64,000 nucleotides of DNA from a candidate division FCPU426 bacterium (GTDB taxonomy: Bacteria > Oederibacteriota > Muellerivitia > Muellerivitales > Muellerivitaceae), in assembly GCA_963796105.1 (NCBI GenBank), contig CAWCKJ010000006.1, positions 224,001 to 288,000 of the forward strand, given 5' to 3'. The notes below the pieces were generated by a model that ran no database searches, was not told the origin of the DNA, and was given only the letters and a program-made list of their open reading frames with translations. A program made the translations under genes and the position numbers. This document shows positions 47,124 through 58,298 of this stretch, piece by piece (within the stretch, counting starts at the first letter, position 1; each line of letters begins with the position of its first letter).

Positions 47124-50100
47124 AGGCCGGGTATCCTACCATAAATTAATTTCGGCTCAAGACGATTGGATTATGGGGTTGGGAACCCTTGGCGGAAGAG
47201 TTGGTAGGACAGCCTGGACAAGGATCGGCATCTGGCGAGGTTATTAACAGGACCCTGCCGCTTTAGGGCTTATCTAAGAATCAGGAGCTTTAGGATATAC
47301 CTTTTCCCATTGATGGTGACCAAAACGTGGTAAAGACCGTTCGCCAAGGGAGCGCCTGATTTGCTGATGAGGTAAACAGGCAAGCCGGTATTTGCCCCGG
47401 CGGGAATTTGTGTGAAAAGTTGATTACTGATCAATCGAAAGGCTGTCGAATAAATTTTTATATCAACCGTATTTATCGGATTGGTAAAGAGGAACTGTAG
47501 AGTGATGGGTCCGGAACCTCTTACGAGACTTGGGAAGAGGTTGGGGCGGTTTGTGGGTGGTGGATTCCCGCCAGGAATGGTATTGGTGGGCGTGATAGTC
47601 CATGTGGGAGTCAGGGTCGGTGTCTGAGTCGGCGTGGGAGTGGATTGAACCGGTGTGTAGGTATAGGTGTATGTAGGGGTAAAGGTAACAGTGGGTGATG
47701 CCAGTGTGTTGGTCGGTGTCGGGGTGGAAGTGGGTGTGATCGTGACACAAGGCCGGTTCACGGTCACTGGAAGGTTTGAGGTGACGGCTCCGCCAGGATA
47801 ACCCACGCTCGCGGTATTAGTGGTAGTCACACAGGCGTTCCCAGCCCAGTAATAATCCTCCATGCTCGCCATAAGGGTCACGCAGGTATTCCCCGGGAAT
47901 GTTCCCCAGGTCGCGGGACTTCCGCCACTGGCTGCTGGTTCCGGCCAATTGGCATTTGCGTTGTAATCGATTAATGTAGTGGAAACTGCTGGAACGACCC
48001 AACCAAGAAAGCTAAAGGGAGTACCGCCGCCTTGGGTGTCAGTCAGTGTCACTCCTCCGGTTGAAACGGGTCCACCTGTATTGCAGATCGCCACCGCGTA
48101 AGTCACGAACATGTCCCCTCCGCTTATATTTGTCCCCGCGAGGCTCTTGGTGATGGTCATGGTGACCGGTCCAACCGTCGGCTGTGGCGCCGGGATCGTG
48201 GCGGCCAAGGTTTCGAAAAACGCGCCGTTGCAATTGCTGGTGCTGTAATCCCCGTCAGTTGTGGACGCGGTAAATGGAACCTGCTGGCCCGTCACAGGGT
48301 TGAAAATGCTTTGCCCCCAACAGCAATATCCGGTGGCGGTATTGACGACTGCTGGTGTCTGCCAGGTGCCGCCCGTGCCTGTGTAATTGGTCGCGTACCA
48401 ATTGCTGGCTGGAGGTGTGGAAGGATTTCCGGAGCTGACATAATCCATTGAAACGCCGTTGCTTGAACTGGTAATTTCTGAATGCTGGCCATTGGAACAG
48501 GTGATATCTAGATCCCAGGAAGTGTACATGGTGTTACAGGCCGTATTTTGGGTATAAACCGCGACATAGACCTGGCTTCCGGTTAATAGGGATGTTGGCA
48601 CTGTAATGCAACCAGGGGGGCAGTTACCGGTGCCATTCCAGTTGCAATAAGCGACTTGTCCCAAGTAAACACCACCGACATAAACTTGGGACCAGTCGTC
48701 ACTGGCCACGCAGATCTTGGCGGAGGAGGGAATGCATGGTGACCCTGATATCGGGGTATATGTAAATGTGGGTGTTTGGAGTGAAGTTGTGGGAGTTGAG
48801 GATAAAGTGATGGTCGGAGAAATGGTATTCGTTGGAGTGCTGGTAGGGGAAGGTGTGTTGGTTCGGGTGTAGGTGGCGACTCCTGTCGGCCAGGGGGTTG
48901 GTGTGTTTGTATAAGTATAGGTATAAGTCGGGGTATAAGTATTAGTAGGGCAGTTCATCACATAGGTGATAGCATTCGAAGTGGAAGCAGGGCTGAGAAG
49001 AGAAAAAGTGTTTACCCGACTTAGACAGTCATACATGGCGTTATTCGTATTGTCATCACCGATGATGGTCGTGGACCAACAATAGGGTGTCCAGCCGGTT
49101 CCGTTATAGGTGGCGCCAGGAAAACCTTGGGAAGCAAGCATGGTCACACTTTGGTCCCAATCGTAATAAAAGCCGTTGGAATCTGGATTGCCGGTGAATC
49201 CTTTGTTTGTGACGCCTAATACGGAGCTTCTGAACCCCTCGCTCCAGAAGAAGGTCGTGCCGTTAGTAATCCCAGAATCAACAAAAGTGACTGGGTTCGT
49301 GACCCATCTTCCGGAGTTGCAAACTTGCACCCCGATACTGACGATCCTATCCGCTGGACTTTCGTTTTGCTGGTAGCCCGGAAAAGTCACGGAGTTAGCA
49401 TTTCCCGTCCCGTTGCTTGACCAGCCTACGAAACTTTTAGTTAGGGAAATGTTTGTTGCGGGCGGGACAGGAATAGGAGGCGGAATTGTGGATGCTTGGG
49501 AGAAGAATAGTGCCCCATTGCAATTACTGGTACTGTAAGCGCCGGTGCTATCAGTGGACAAAAATGGCACACGACCGCCGGTTGTGGGGTTGTAGAGGGA
49601 TTGGCTCAAACAGCAATCGCCTGAGGCTTCACTGACTACAACAGGACTGATCCAACCGGTTGTGTTGTAATTAGTGGCGTACCAATTACTGGCTGGGGGT
49701 GTGGATGGATTTCCGTTATTCACATAATCCATATTAATGCCGCCGGTCGCGCTGGAAATGTCAGAATGTTCCCCGTTAGAGCAGGTAATATCCAGATCCC
49801 AAGAAGCGTAGAGGGTGTTACAGGAGGTGTTTTGGGTATAAACGGCGACATATACCTGGTTTCCACTTAAAAGGGAAGTGGGGACCGTGATGCATCCCGG
49901 AGGGCATGATCCGGTGCCGTTCCAGTTGCAATAATTGATTTGGCCAAGGTAAACACCGCCCACATAAACTTGTGACCAGTCATCGCTGGCCACGCAGATC
50001 TGGGCGGAGGAAGGTGTGCAAGGGGAAATGGAAGTGGATGTTGGCGAAGGGGTTGAAGTGAAAGTGGCGACACTTGTTGGCCATGGGGTGGGGCTGTTCG

Positions 50101-52216
50101 TGATAGTAGGAGTGAAGGTGAGGGGTGGGGTGTATGTGCTGGTAAAGGTGTATGTTGGTGTATAGGTAACTGTGGGTGAGAAACATGGAATTGGAACCGA
50201 GACTGAATTGGAATTAACGCTTCCAGAATTGCTTCCGCTAATCCAGGTCAAGCTGGCGTTATTGACGAGGGTTTGGCATTGGTTACCAGGCAAGTAGAAG
50301 TTTTCAGTGTCCGCCAGCAGGGTCACGCAATTGCCGCCTCCGCCGAAGGAAGACCAATAGATTGAATTCGCGTTTACATCCGGTTGTCCGCCTCCATAGT
50401 AGTAACAACTTCCGGTGGCGGTGGTTGGCCCAAAACCCCAGCATGAGAAATTAAACCCGGCGCTGACCGGGAAATTGTCCGTAATCGTCACGCCGCCTGG
50501 TTGTGTCACGGCTCCGCCATTATTGCAAACTTTGATTCCGAAAGTGGCGAACATATCCATGCCGCTGGTAACAGCCGAGCCTGATACAAGGGAATTGGTA
50601 ATGGTGAAAGAAGGAGGCCCTGCTATCGGAGAAAGTGACTGAATAGTAGCTTCCTGTCGGAAGAAAAGAGCCCCGTTGCAGTTGCTGGTGCTATAGGCCC
50701 CGTTGCTATCCGCTGAAATGAATGGAGCTTGAGAGCCGGTAACAGGATTGAAAATTTGCTGTCCCCAACAACAATAGCCCGATGTCGTGCTGACCGAGAC
50801 TGGAAGGGACGTGAAATCCGTACCGCTATAGTTGGTGGCGTACCAGTTGCTGGCGGGAGGGGTTGTGGGGTTTCCGGAACTGACGTAATCCATACCAATG
50901 CCGCCGCTTCCGCTGGTGATTTCCGAGTGTTGGCCGTTGGAGCAAGTGATATCCAAGTCCCAGGATGTATAAACATTATTACAGGCGGTGTTTTGGGTAT
51001 AGACCGCGACATAAACTTGGCTTCCGGCTAAAAGGGATGTGGGAACGGTGATGCACCCTGGAGGGCAAGATCCGCTTCCATCAAAGTTGCAATAAGCGAC
51101 TTGGCCTAAGTAAACGCCTCCAACATAGACTTGGGAAAAGTCGTCGCTAGCCACGCAAATCTGTGCTGAGGTGGGAACGCAGGGAGATCCTGCGGTGCTT
51201 GAGGGCGTGGGTGAGTAGGTTTGAGTCCAAGTTGATGTAAAGGCTGGGCTTGGGGTTGCCGTGGGCGAAGGTGTGTTCGTCGGGGTATTGCACTGTTGAG
51301 TGATTGAGATGGAATTTGTGGTGATCGGGTTGCTTCCAACGATTTCCCCATAATCAGTGAATACTGAACAAGCCGCAGGCGGGTTCATGAATTGGTAATG
51401 CAATTCAAAGGTGGCGCATTGGCTTGGAGGTAACGCTGAATAAACGATGGTGGAAGGCGCATTGCTCCCATTAAGTCCCATATAGGACAATCCAGCGCTT
51501 GTTGTATGCGGATTGTTATCGAGGATATTGCATCCGCTGGTGTCGCCGCAAAAACCGTTAAATTGGGGATTCCCAGCGGGATAATTAGTAACGTCGGTGA
51601 CGGTCACCGATTGGGCTGTGACAGAACCTGTATTGCATACCCCAATCTGCACGGTGACGGCTGTCCCCCCCGCGATATTTGCCGGAATAGTGTTGATTAT
51701 ATTTTTTGACAAAGTGAGATTGCTCAATGGGTTTGTGGGCGAGGGCGTAGGGGATAAGGTCATGGTCCAAGTGGGTGTTTGTGAGGGGCTGGGAGTCGGT
51801 GAGGGGGTTGGCGTGTTAGATGGACTTGGATTGGGTGTCGGGGATAGGGTAATGGTTGGAGTGTTCGTGGGGGTTGGTGTGATGGTGGGAGTGTAAGTGG
51901 CGACACCTGTCGGCCAAGGTGTTGGGGTGTAGGTATTCGTAAAGGTGAATGTAAACGTAAAAGTATATGTCGGGGTAAAAGTAAAGGTGTTGGTGGCGCA
52001 GTTCATGACATAGGTGATGGCATTTGAGGTGTAAGCTGGACTTAAAGATGAAAAAGTGTTTGTCCTTGTAAGACAGTCATATATGGCGTTATTCGTATTG
52101 TCCCCGCCGGTGATGGTGGCTGACCAGCAATAGGGAACCCAGGCGGTTCCGTTATAGGTAGCGCCGGGAAAACCCTGTGAACCGAGCATTGTCACGGCTT
52201 GACCCCAATCGTAATA

Positions 52217-53860
52217 CCTGAATTTTGCGCCTAATAAAAAAACCATCTAGGAAACCATTATAGGATAAGGGTTGCGAAGCCAACTCATCCTAAAAGAGGG
52301 TCCCCCAGATGGTGAAACGTCAAGATACGCCTCAGAAATCAAACCCGCAAGTCCAGAAAAAAGCCAATCGAAACGGGAGAATCGCGCCCAAGATTACGGC
52401 CAATACTCCCGTAGGTATTTGCGAAGACCGCCTAACAGCTTTTGGCGGATTGTTGGCATTGGCGAAGATGTTCGACCTTCTTGATTTTGAGCGGGAATTC
52501 AAAAAACACTATGCCGCACCTAAACGCCTTCCGAATTTGGGCCACTACCGGATGGTAAGCGGCATCCTAATGCTTCTTTTCATCGGGTTCCAAAGACTTG
52601 GCCATTTTGCCTACCTGCGGGGTGAGGTCATGCTGTGCGGTTTACTGCGGGTTCCCTTGTTGCCGGTAGTGACAACTTTTTGGAGATACCTGAGGTCGCT
52701 GGGGATCGGGCAGTCGGCATCGTTGCTGAATCTGAGTGGGGCGTTACGGGCCAAGGTTTGGGGACAGGTGAAATATGCCCCCAAGAAGGTGGAGATCAAC
52801 ATCGATACCACCACCGCAACGGTCTACGGAAATATCGAGGGAAGCCGAAAAGGATACAACCCCAAGCACCGGGGCAAGAAGGGACTGAGGCCCATTCTGT
52901 GTTTTCTCCAGGAAACCCGGGAATATTTGTGCGGAACCCAAAGACGCGGAACCACCCTTAGTTCTGAGGAAGTGGCCCGCCAAATTAGACAATTCCGGCG
53001 ACTCTTGCCGTCCTGTGTCCGGACGATTCTGGTGCGCGGTGACGGTGAAATGATCGGCTGGGAAAGCGTGAAAGCCTGTGAAAAAGAAGGGTTTTCTTTC
53101 ATCTTCGGGAACAAGCGGCATGACCCGCCTTTCACGAAAAAGGGTTGGTACCGCCATGGAGAACACGAATACAACGAATGTGTCCATCAACCCATAGGCT
53201 GGCAACAACCAGTCCGGTTTGTGGCGATGAGGACGCTGGATGAAAAAGCGCGGGAGAAACAATTGAGCCTTCCTGAAATGGAAGGATATGTCTACCGAAT
53301 CTTCGCGACCAACTGTCTGGGAGCACCCCATCGGGTGGTTGAGGAATACGACCTGCGCGCGGATGTGGAAAACCTGATTGGTGAGGCGCAACGGGAGGGG
53401 TTATTAGCAATTCCCTCTAAGAGTTTCCAAAGCCACCATGCTTTTTTCCAGATCGTGATGCTGGCTTACAACCTCTGGAGGTGGATGAAACTAATGGTGG
53501 GCCATTGTGGAAAAGAAAAGCGACCGGGAAAGAAGCCACAGGAGAAGGAACAGATCACCATGCCGGACCATACCCTTCGGATCGCACGTTTGAAGATGCT
53601 CTTTGTAGCCGCCCGAATCCAGTATCACGGCCATCGGGATGTGGTGAGGTATTCAATCCATGATGATAGGACAGCGGGCCTATTGGGTTTCCTCAAATAC
53701 CTTGATCGAAAACGATTGGAAAGACCCAGGGCGGCCTAGAAGTGGCTTGGTGCAAAAAATTCTTTGCACATAAGTTCACTTCTGATGAAAATGGCCACTG
53801 TCGGGTCCCGATTCAGGCCGATCTGGCCACGGAATCGGTAAACTCGGTGCAAAATTCAGG
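52217..53860 (+). mobile_element. IS1380-family insertion sequence, 1644 bp
   Basis: TIR CCTGAATTTTGCGCC (52217-31) / GGTGCAAAATTCAGG (53846-60), 14/15 match; 5-bp TSD TAATA at 52212-16 and 53861-65. Confidence 0.93.
52309..53739 (+). CDS. IS1380-family transposase
   Basis: LTAFGGL, IDTT...YG..EG...GYN, VRGD, Y..RA.VEN.I.E, LAYNL, RLK. Confidence 0.9.
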   Translation: MVKRQDTPQKSNPQVQKKANRNGRIAPKITANTPVGICEDRLTAFGGLLALAKMFDLLDFEREFKKHYAAPKRLPNLGHYRMVSGILMLLFIGFQRLGHFAYLRGEVMLCGLLRVPLLPVVTTFWRYLRSLGIGQSASLLNLSGALRAKVWGQVKYAPKKVEINIDTTTATVYGNIEGSRKGYNPKHRGKKGLRPILCFLQETREYLCGTQRRGTTLSSEEVARQIRQFRRLLPSCVRTILVRGDGEMIGWESVKACEKEGFSFIFGNKRHDPPFTKKGWYRHGEHEYNECVHQPIGWQQPVRFVAMRTLDEKAREKQLSLPEMEGYVYRIFATNCLGAPHRVVEEYDLRADVENLIGEAQREGLLAIPSKSFQSHHAFFQIVMLAYNLWRWMKLMVGHCGKEKRPGKKPQEKEQITMPDHTLRIARLKMLFVAARIQYHGHRDVVRYSIHDDRTAGLLGFLKYLDRKRLERPRAA

Positions 53861-55137
53861 TAATAAAAACCGTTGGAATCCGGGTAACCTGTGATTCCGT
53901 TATTCGTCGCGCCTAATATTGAACTTCGGAACCCCTCGCTCCAGAAGAATGTCGCTCCATTGGCGATTCCCGTATCGACGAAGGTAACCGCTCCCGGGAC
54001 GGCTTTTCCTGAGTTGCAGACTTGCACCGCGATTGTGACATCCCTATCTGGTGGGCTGTCATTTTGCTGGTATCCGGTAAAAGTAACGGCGTTCGCGTTT
54101 CCGCTCCCATTGCTCGACCAGCCGACGAAACTTTTTGTGAGGGTAAGGTTCGCCGGGGGTGGGGAGTTTACAGGCGCCGGTGGGTTAAAAGCTTGGGTGA
54201 AGAATAGGGCTCCCCCGCAATTGCTGGTGCTGTAAGCCCCATTACTATCCGTTGATAAAAAAGGAATTTTTTGTCCGTAAACAGGATTGTAGAGAACCTG
54301 ACTCCAACAGCATTCAGTTGAGGCAGTACTGACCTGTGTAGGACTAACCCAGCCAGTGGTGTTGTAGTTGGTCGCGTACCAGTTGCTGGCGGGGGGGGTG
54401 GAGGGGGTTCCACTGCTTACGTAATCCATCTTTACGCCAGTGTTTGCGCTGGAGATTGTAGAATGCTGGCCGTTGGAACAGGTGATATCCAGGTCCCAGG
54501 AAGCGTAAAGGTTGTTGCAAGATGTGTTTTGGGTATAAATGGCGATATATGGCGTGCTGCCGGTTAAAAGGGATGTGGGAACTGTAATGCAACCAGGGGG
54601 ACACATACCGGAGCCATCCCAATTGCAATAACCGACTTGCCCCAAGTAAACCCCGCCCACATAGACCTGGGACCAGTCGTCGCTGGCCACGCAAATTTGG
54701 GCTGAGGAAGGTGTGCATTGGGCCCAGGTGTAAACTGGGGAAATAGTAGCGATAAATAAAAACCCCAAAAATCCGAATAGGAATTTGGGGCAGGTGGAGC
54801 GTTTGATATTTTGAAGGAAATTGATATTCAATTTAATCTCCTTATATAACCGCATAGATTCTTCGAAATAAACATGGGTAAATTATACCTCTTAAAAAAA
54901 TCTTTTCGTAACCGCTCTCCCTATATCTAGTGATGGACGAACCGGATTTATTCCATAATTTCCGAAACTATTTGAGGAAGTTTGTTTTATCGTTGCAACT
55001 TGGCTTTCCGGAGTGGTTTTGGCATGGATGGCATGGTCTTGCGATGGTTTGGGAATTGGAAATTGGGTTAAACGCGCATCATTAATGGTTGGTTGAGGAC
55101 GCGGATTCGAAAAATTGAAAGTTGGAAAAGTCGGGGG

Positions 55138-56064
55138 TTATTTTCCTTGGCTGGAGAGCCATCTTTCCGTTTCGATCGCCGCCATACAGCCCATGCCCGC
55201 GGCGGAAATAGCTTGGCGATAGAAATGATCCGCAACATCGCCAGCCGCGAATACGCCCGGGATATTGGTCATGGTCCTGGGGGGGTTCGGCAGTTTCAAA
55301 TATCCCACCTCGTCCATATCCAATTGGCCCTTGAAGAGGGAAGTGTTCGGCGAGTGCCCGATGGCGAAAAAAAGTCCGGTGAAGTTGTGGACTTTTTCCT
55401 CGTTGGTTTTCAAGTTTTTGACCTTCACACCGGTGAGTTCTTTTTCTCCCAACAGCTCTGTGATGACGGAACTAGTCAACCACTTGATCTTGGAGTTCGC
55501 CTTGGTCCGATCCAGCATGATCTTGGAGGAACGGAATTCATCCCGGCGGTGGATAAGGGTCACAGTTTTGGCGAATTTGGTGAGGAAGTTAGCTTCCTCC
55601 ATGGCTGAGTCCCCTCCTCCCACGACGGCGATGTCCTGGTTCTTGAAGAAAAACCCGTCGCAGGTCGCGCAGGCCGAGACTCCATGGCCCACCAATTCCA
55701 TTTCACGGGGAACACCGCCATACTTGGCGGAGGCGCCTGTGGCGATGATCACGGCTTCCGCCTCGATCTTCTCATTGGTATCCAGCCAGACTTGAAAAGG
55801 TTTCTTGGCAAAATCCACCTTGGTCACCAAGGCTGTCTTGTAGCGGGTCCCGAAAGAAGCCGCCTGTTGTTTCATGTTTTCCATCAGTTGAGGACCCTGG
55901 ATGCCCTCGGGAAACCCAGGAAAATTCTCGACAAGGGTGGTCGTGGTCAATTGACCGCCAGGTTGGGGCCCGTCGATCAGGAGGGGATTTAAATTCGCCC
56001 GCGAGGCGTAGAGGGCCGCGGTGTAACCGGCAGGGCCTGATCCGATGATGACTACTTTTTCCAT
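55138..56064 (-). CDS. trxB: thioredoxin-disulfide reductase
   Basis: GSGPAGYTA, GVSACATCDG, GGGDSAMEE, HRRD, GDV.D..YRQA. Confidence 0.96.
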   Translation of the reverse strand: MEKVVIIGSGPAGYTAALYASRANLNPLLIDGPQPGGQLTTTTLVENFPGFPEGIQGPQLMENMKQQAASFGTRYKTALVTKVDFAKKPFQVWLDTNEKIEAEAVIIATGASAKYGGVPREMELVGHGVSACATCDGFFFKNQDIAVVGGGDSAMEEANFLTKFAKTVTLIHRRDEFRSSKIMLDRTKANSKIKWLTSSVITELLGEKELTGVKVKNLKTNEEKVHNFTGLFFAIGHSPNTSLFKGQLDMDEVGYLKLPNPPRTMTNIPGVFAAGDVADHFYRQAISAAGMGCMAAIETERWLSSQGK

Positions 56065-56140
56065 GACATCCCTCCGAATAATTTATGAATGGTCCGTAAA
56101 GCTAAGAATTAATGCCTGGTTAAGTCAAGATTGGACTGCC

Positions 56141-57718
56141 TTAAGGGGCCGGAAAAAGCTGCTTTCGGTATTCCGATAACTCGGCTTTCCGGACGCGAGG
56201 ACTCCACCTCAAAAGGCTTCCCATCAAACGGGCGGCTTTCTGGGAGGCTTCTCCCCAACGCTGGGGTGTGTAGCCTATTTCCAGCCTGCGCAGCATGACA
56301 TCATCCAGGTGGATTGCTTTTTCCTTTATCACCGCGAAGGCGACCTGGGCCAATATCTCGGGCCTGTCCGGATGCAGGGACTGGCGCAATCCCGGCTTCT
56401 TTTTCGTGAGCATCAAAACCTCCCCAGCCCTTTGGCCGTAAAGATTGGCCAGGTGATTCGCCTGGGTTTGGCTGATCTTATATTTGGATACCCATTGGGC
56501 CGTCTCTTGCTTTACAAAAATATCCCAGGGCTGGATGGGTGTTCCAGGAAGGTTATAGCTCAGGTTTCCCTTGGATTTTCGCTTCAGGACCTTAAGGGCT
56601 TTTCGAAGGGTTTTTTCAGCCATGGACCTGTAGGTGGTCAGCTTGCCGCCGATGATGGTGAGGATATTGCCATTGGACAATATCTTATCCTCCCGGGATA
56701 CGGATGAGGCGGACTCGGCCCCAGACCAAGCCAGGGTTCTAAGGCCGGCGAAAGAGGAAATCACCTTGGACCGGGACCAATGGTAATTGGGGAAGATACG
56801 GGAGGCTTCCTGGATAAGGTATTTGATTTCCTCCTCGGTTGGCTTGACCTTGCCGGGATTTCCGTCATCATCCAAGTCGGTCGTTCCCACCAGGCTGTAG
56901 CCCCTCCACGGAATGACGAATATGATCCGGTTATCCCTCCGGCTCGTGACCAGGACCGCGTGGGTACCAAGGACCTCAGGTACGACGATGTGGCTTCCCC
57001 TGGTGGGCCGGATTAATTTCAAGGCGTTCTCATCCAGAAGTTTTGAGATTTCATTGGCCCATGGCCCGGAGGCGTTGACCAAACAGGAGGCTTCCATGAC
57101 GCCCCTGCTTTTGGTGCGGAAATTCTTGTAAAAAATGCGGACCTTATCCGGGCCCTTGTCCAATTGGGTCACCTCGCAATAGTTCATGCAAAGGGCGCCG
57201 TTCTGTTCGGCGGCGAGGATGTTCTCGAAAACAAGGCGGGCGTCATTGACTTGGGCGTCGTAATAAAGCCCGCAACCCAATAAATCTTCCTGTTTTAAAG
57301 TCGGTGCCTTTTGATGTGCTTCGTCGGCGAAAAGCCATTGGTGGCGGTTGATATTTTTTGACCCGGCCAGAAAGTCGTAAAGCCACAAACCCAGCATGAG
57401 CATCCAGGGCGGGCGGCTGTCGCCCTTATAAAGCGGAAGAAGGAAGGGGATCCGATGGACCAAATGGGGAGCGATTTGGAGAAGGCGGTGGCGCTCATGA
57501 AGGGCTTCGAAGACCAGGGGAAATTGGAATTGCTCCAGGTAACGGATTCCGCCATGGATGAGTTTCGTGGATTTACTCGAGGTGCCGGACCCAAAATCAC
57601 CTTTGTCGAAAAGAGTCACGGACAGGCCGGCCTGGGCGGCCTGGAAAGCCAAACCAGCCCCGTTGATCCCGCCTCCGATTATGGCCATGTCCACTTGAGA
57701 TATTTTGGGTGTCTTCAT
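56141..57718 (-). CDS. glpD: FAD-dependent glycerol-3-phosphate dehydrogenase
   Basis: IGGGINGAG, GTSSKSTKLIHGGIRYL, DARL, GSHI, GTTD, GGKLTTYR. Confidence 0.92.
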   Translation of the reverse strand: MKTPKISQVDMAIIGGGINGAGLAFQAAQAGLSVTLFDKGDFGSGTSSKSTKLIHGGIRYLEQFQFPLVFEALHERHRLLQIAPHLVHRIPFLLPLYKGDSRPPWMLMLGLWLYDFLAGSKNINRHQWLFADEAHQKAPTLKQEDLLGCGLYYDAQVNDARLVFENILAAEQNGALCMNYCEVTQLDKGPDKVRIFYKNFRTKSRGVMEASCLVNASGPWANEISKLLDENALKLIRPTRGSHIVVPEVLGTHAVLVTSRRDNRIIFVIPWRGYSLVGTTDLDDDGNPGKVKPTEEEIKYLIQEASRIFPNYHWSRSKVISSFAGLRTLAWSGAESASSVSREDKILSNGNILTIIGGKLTTYRSMAEKTLRKALKVLKRKSKGNLSYNLPGTPIQPWDIFVKQETAQWVSKYKISQTQANHLANLYGQRAGEVLMLTKKKPGLRQSLHPDRPEILAQVAFAVIKEKAIHLDDVMLRRLEIGYTPQRWGEASQKAARLMGSLLRWSPRVRKAELSEYRKQLFPAP

Positions 57719-57807
57719 ATGTTTCCATCCTCAGGGAGAATGGGCCATTTTGGGCAGGTTTTAGCTTTGAATACCAGCTTTTTTTATGAAAATAATGTTC
57801 ACGCAAA

Positions 57808-57836
57808 TTGACGGGATTTGAAGCCGTCAGTAAGAT
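57808..57836 (+). promoter_or_regulatory. putative sigma70 promoter for the tRNA-Leu / tig transcript
   Basis: TTGACG-17 bp-TAAGAT. Confidence 0.5.
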
Positions 57837-57919
57837 GTTCAAGTTTATCGGCAGGTTTTCTCGCGAAGCTTGTTTGTCTGCGTGAAAACATCTCGGCCGG
57901 AATTCGTCGTAATTTCAAT

Positions 57920-58128
57920 GCGAGGATGGCTCGACTAGCTATATATCGAGTTGAATTTAAAGAAGCTAGGTACCTGCCACCCTTCTTTATCGAATAGCGG
58001 CTGGAAACCAGCCGCTTATAAAATGCGAGGGTGGCGCACCCAGCTAAAACTTAAATTAAACAAGGAAGCTGGGTACGTGCCACCCACCTTTATAATTAAC
58101 GGCGGAATGTTTCCGCCGTATGTTCAGC
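57920..58128 (+). repeat. two tandem ~105-bp two-hairpin units upstream of tRNA-Leu
   Basis: GCGAGG(A/G)TGGC at 57920, 58025 and 58129 (the tRNA start); each unit has a long hairpin and a 9-bp-stem hairpin. Confidence 0.8.
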
Positions 58129-58213
58129 GCGAGGGTGGCGAAACTGGCAGACGCACCAGATTTAGGTTCTGGCGGGGCAACCCATGGGGGTTCAACTCCC
58201 CCCCCTCGCACCA
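58129..58213 (+). tRNA. tRNA-Leu (anticodon TAG)
   Basis: Acceptor GCGAGGG/CCCTCGC plus ACCA, anticodon arm CCAGA-TTTAGGT-TCTGG, long variable arm, GGTTCAACTCC T-arm. Confidence 0.96.
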
Positions 58214-58298
58214 TTTGATTCAAGACTCAAAGGAGACCCCGGCCTGGACCTAAGGGCTCCCGCTAATATTTTTCCATAAGATAAAAGAGAGGAACTTC

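Larger units (their letters stand above)
48215..54717 (-). repeat. four copies of a ~175-aa Cys-rich module (starting at about 54717, 51181, 50020 and 48736)
   Basis: [41 protein letters not shown]...YTQNT.C...[13 protein letters not shown] occurs four times. Confidence 0.92.
47270..54855 (-). pseudogene. giant Cys-rich, Thr/Pro-linker modular surface protein (~1978 aa reconstructed) with T9SS-like C-terminal domain, interrupted by IS1380
   Basis: ORFs 53776..54855 and 47270..52246 join in frame (5937 nt) when 52212..53860 is removed, restoring [10 protein letters not shown], which matches the internal paralogous repeat [10 protein letters not shown]. Confidence 0.9.

Noticed and set aside
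52217..52246. Start of the 1658-aa ORF ([10 protein letters not shown]) and tail of the 359-aa ORF (LNFAPSLP...)
   Set aside because: Both are read from IS1380 terminal sequence and are not independent genes
48215..54717. Near-identical modules as a DGR template/variable repeat pair
   Set aside because: All copies are in-frame parts of one gene, differences do not look adenine-specific, and no reverse transcriptase is present
54919..54932. CCCTATATCTAGTG, a good single NrdR-box-like sequence upstream of the surface protein gene
   Set aside because: No convincing partner box at about 31 bp and no functional rationale; may be chance
57951..58253. 100-aa ORF spanning the hairpin units and the tRNA
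   Set aside because: It overlaps a canonical tRNA-Leu and has no protein features
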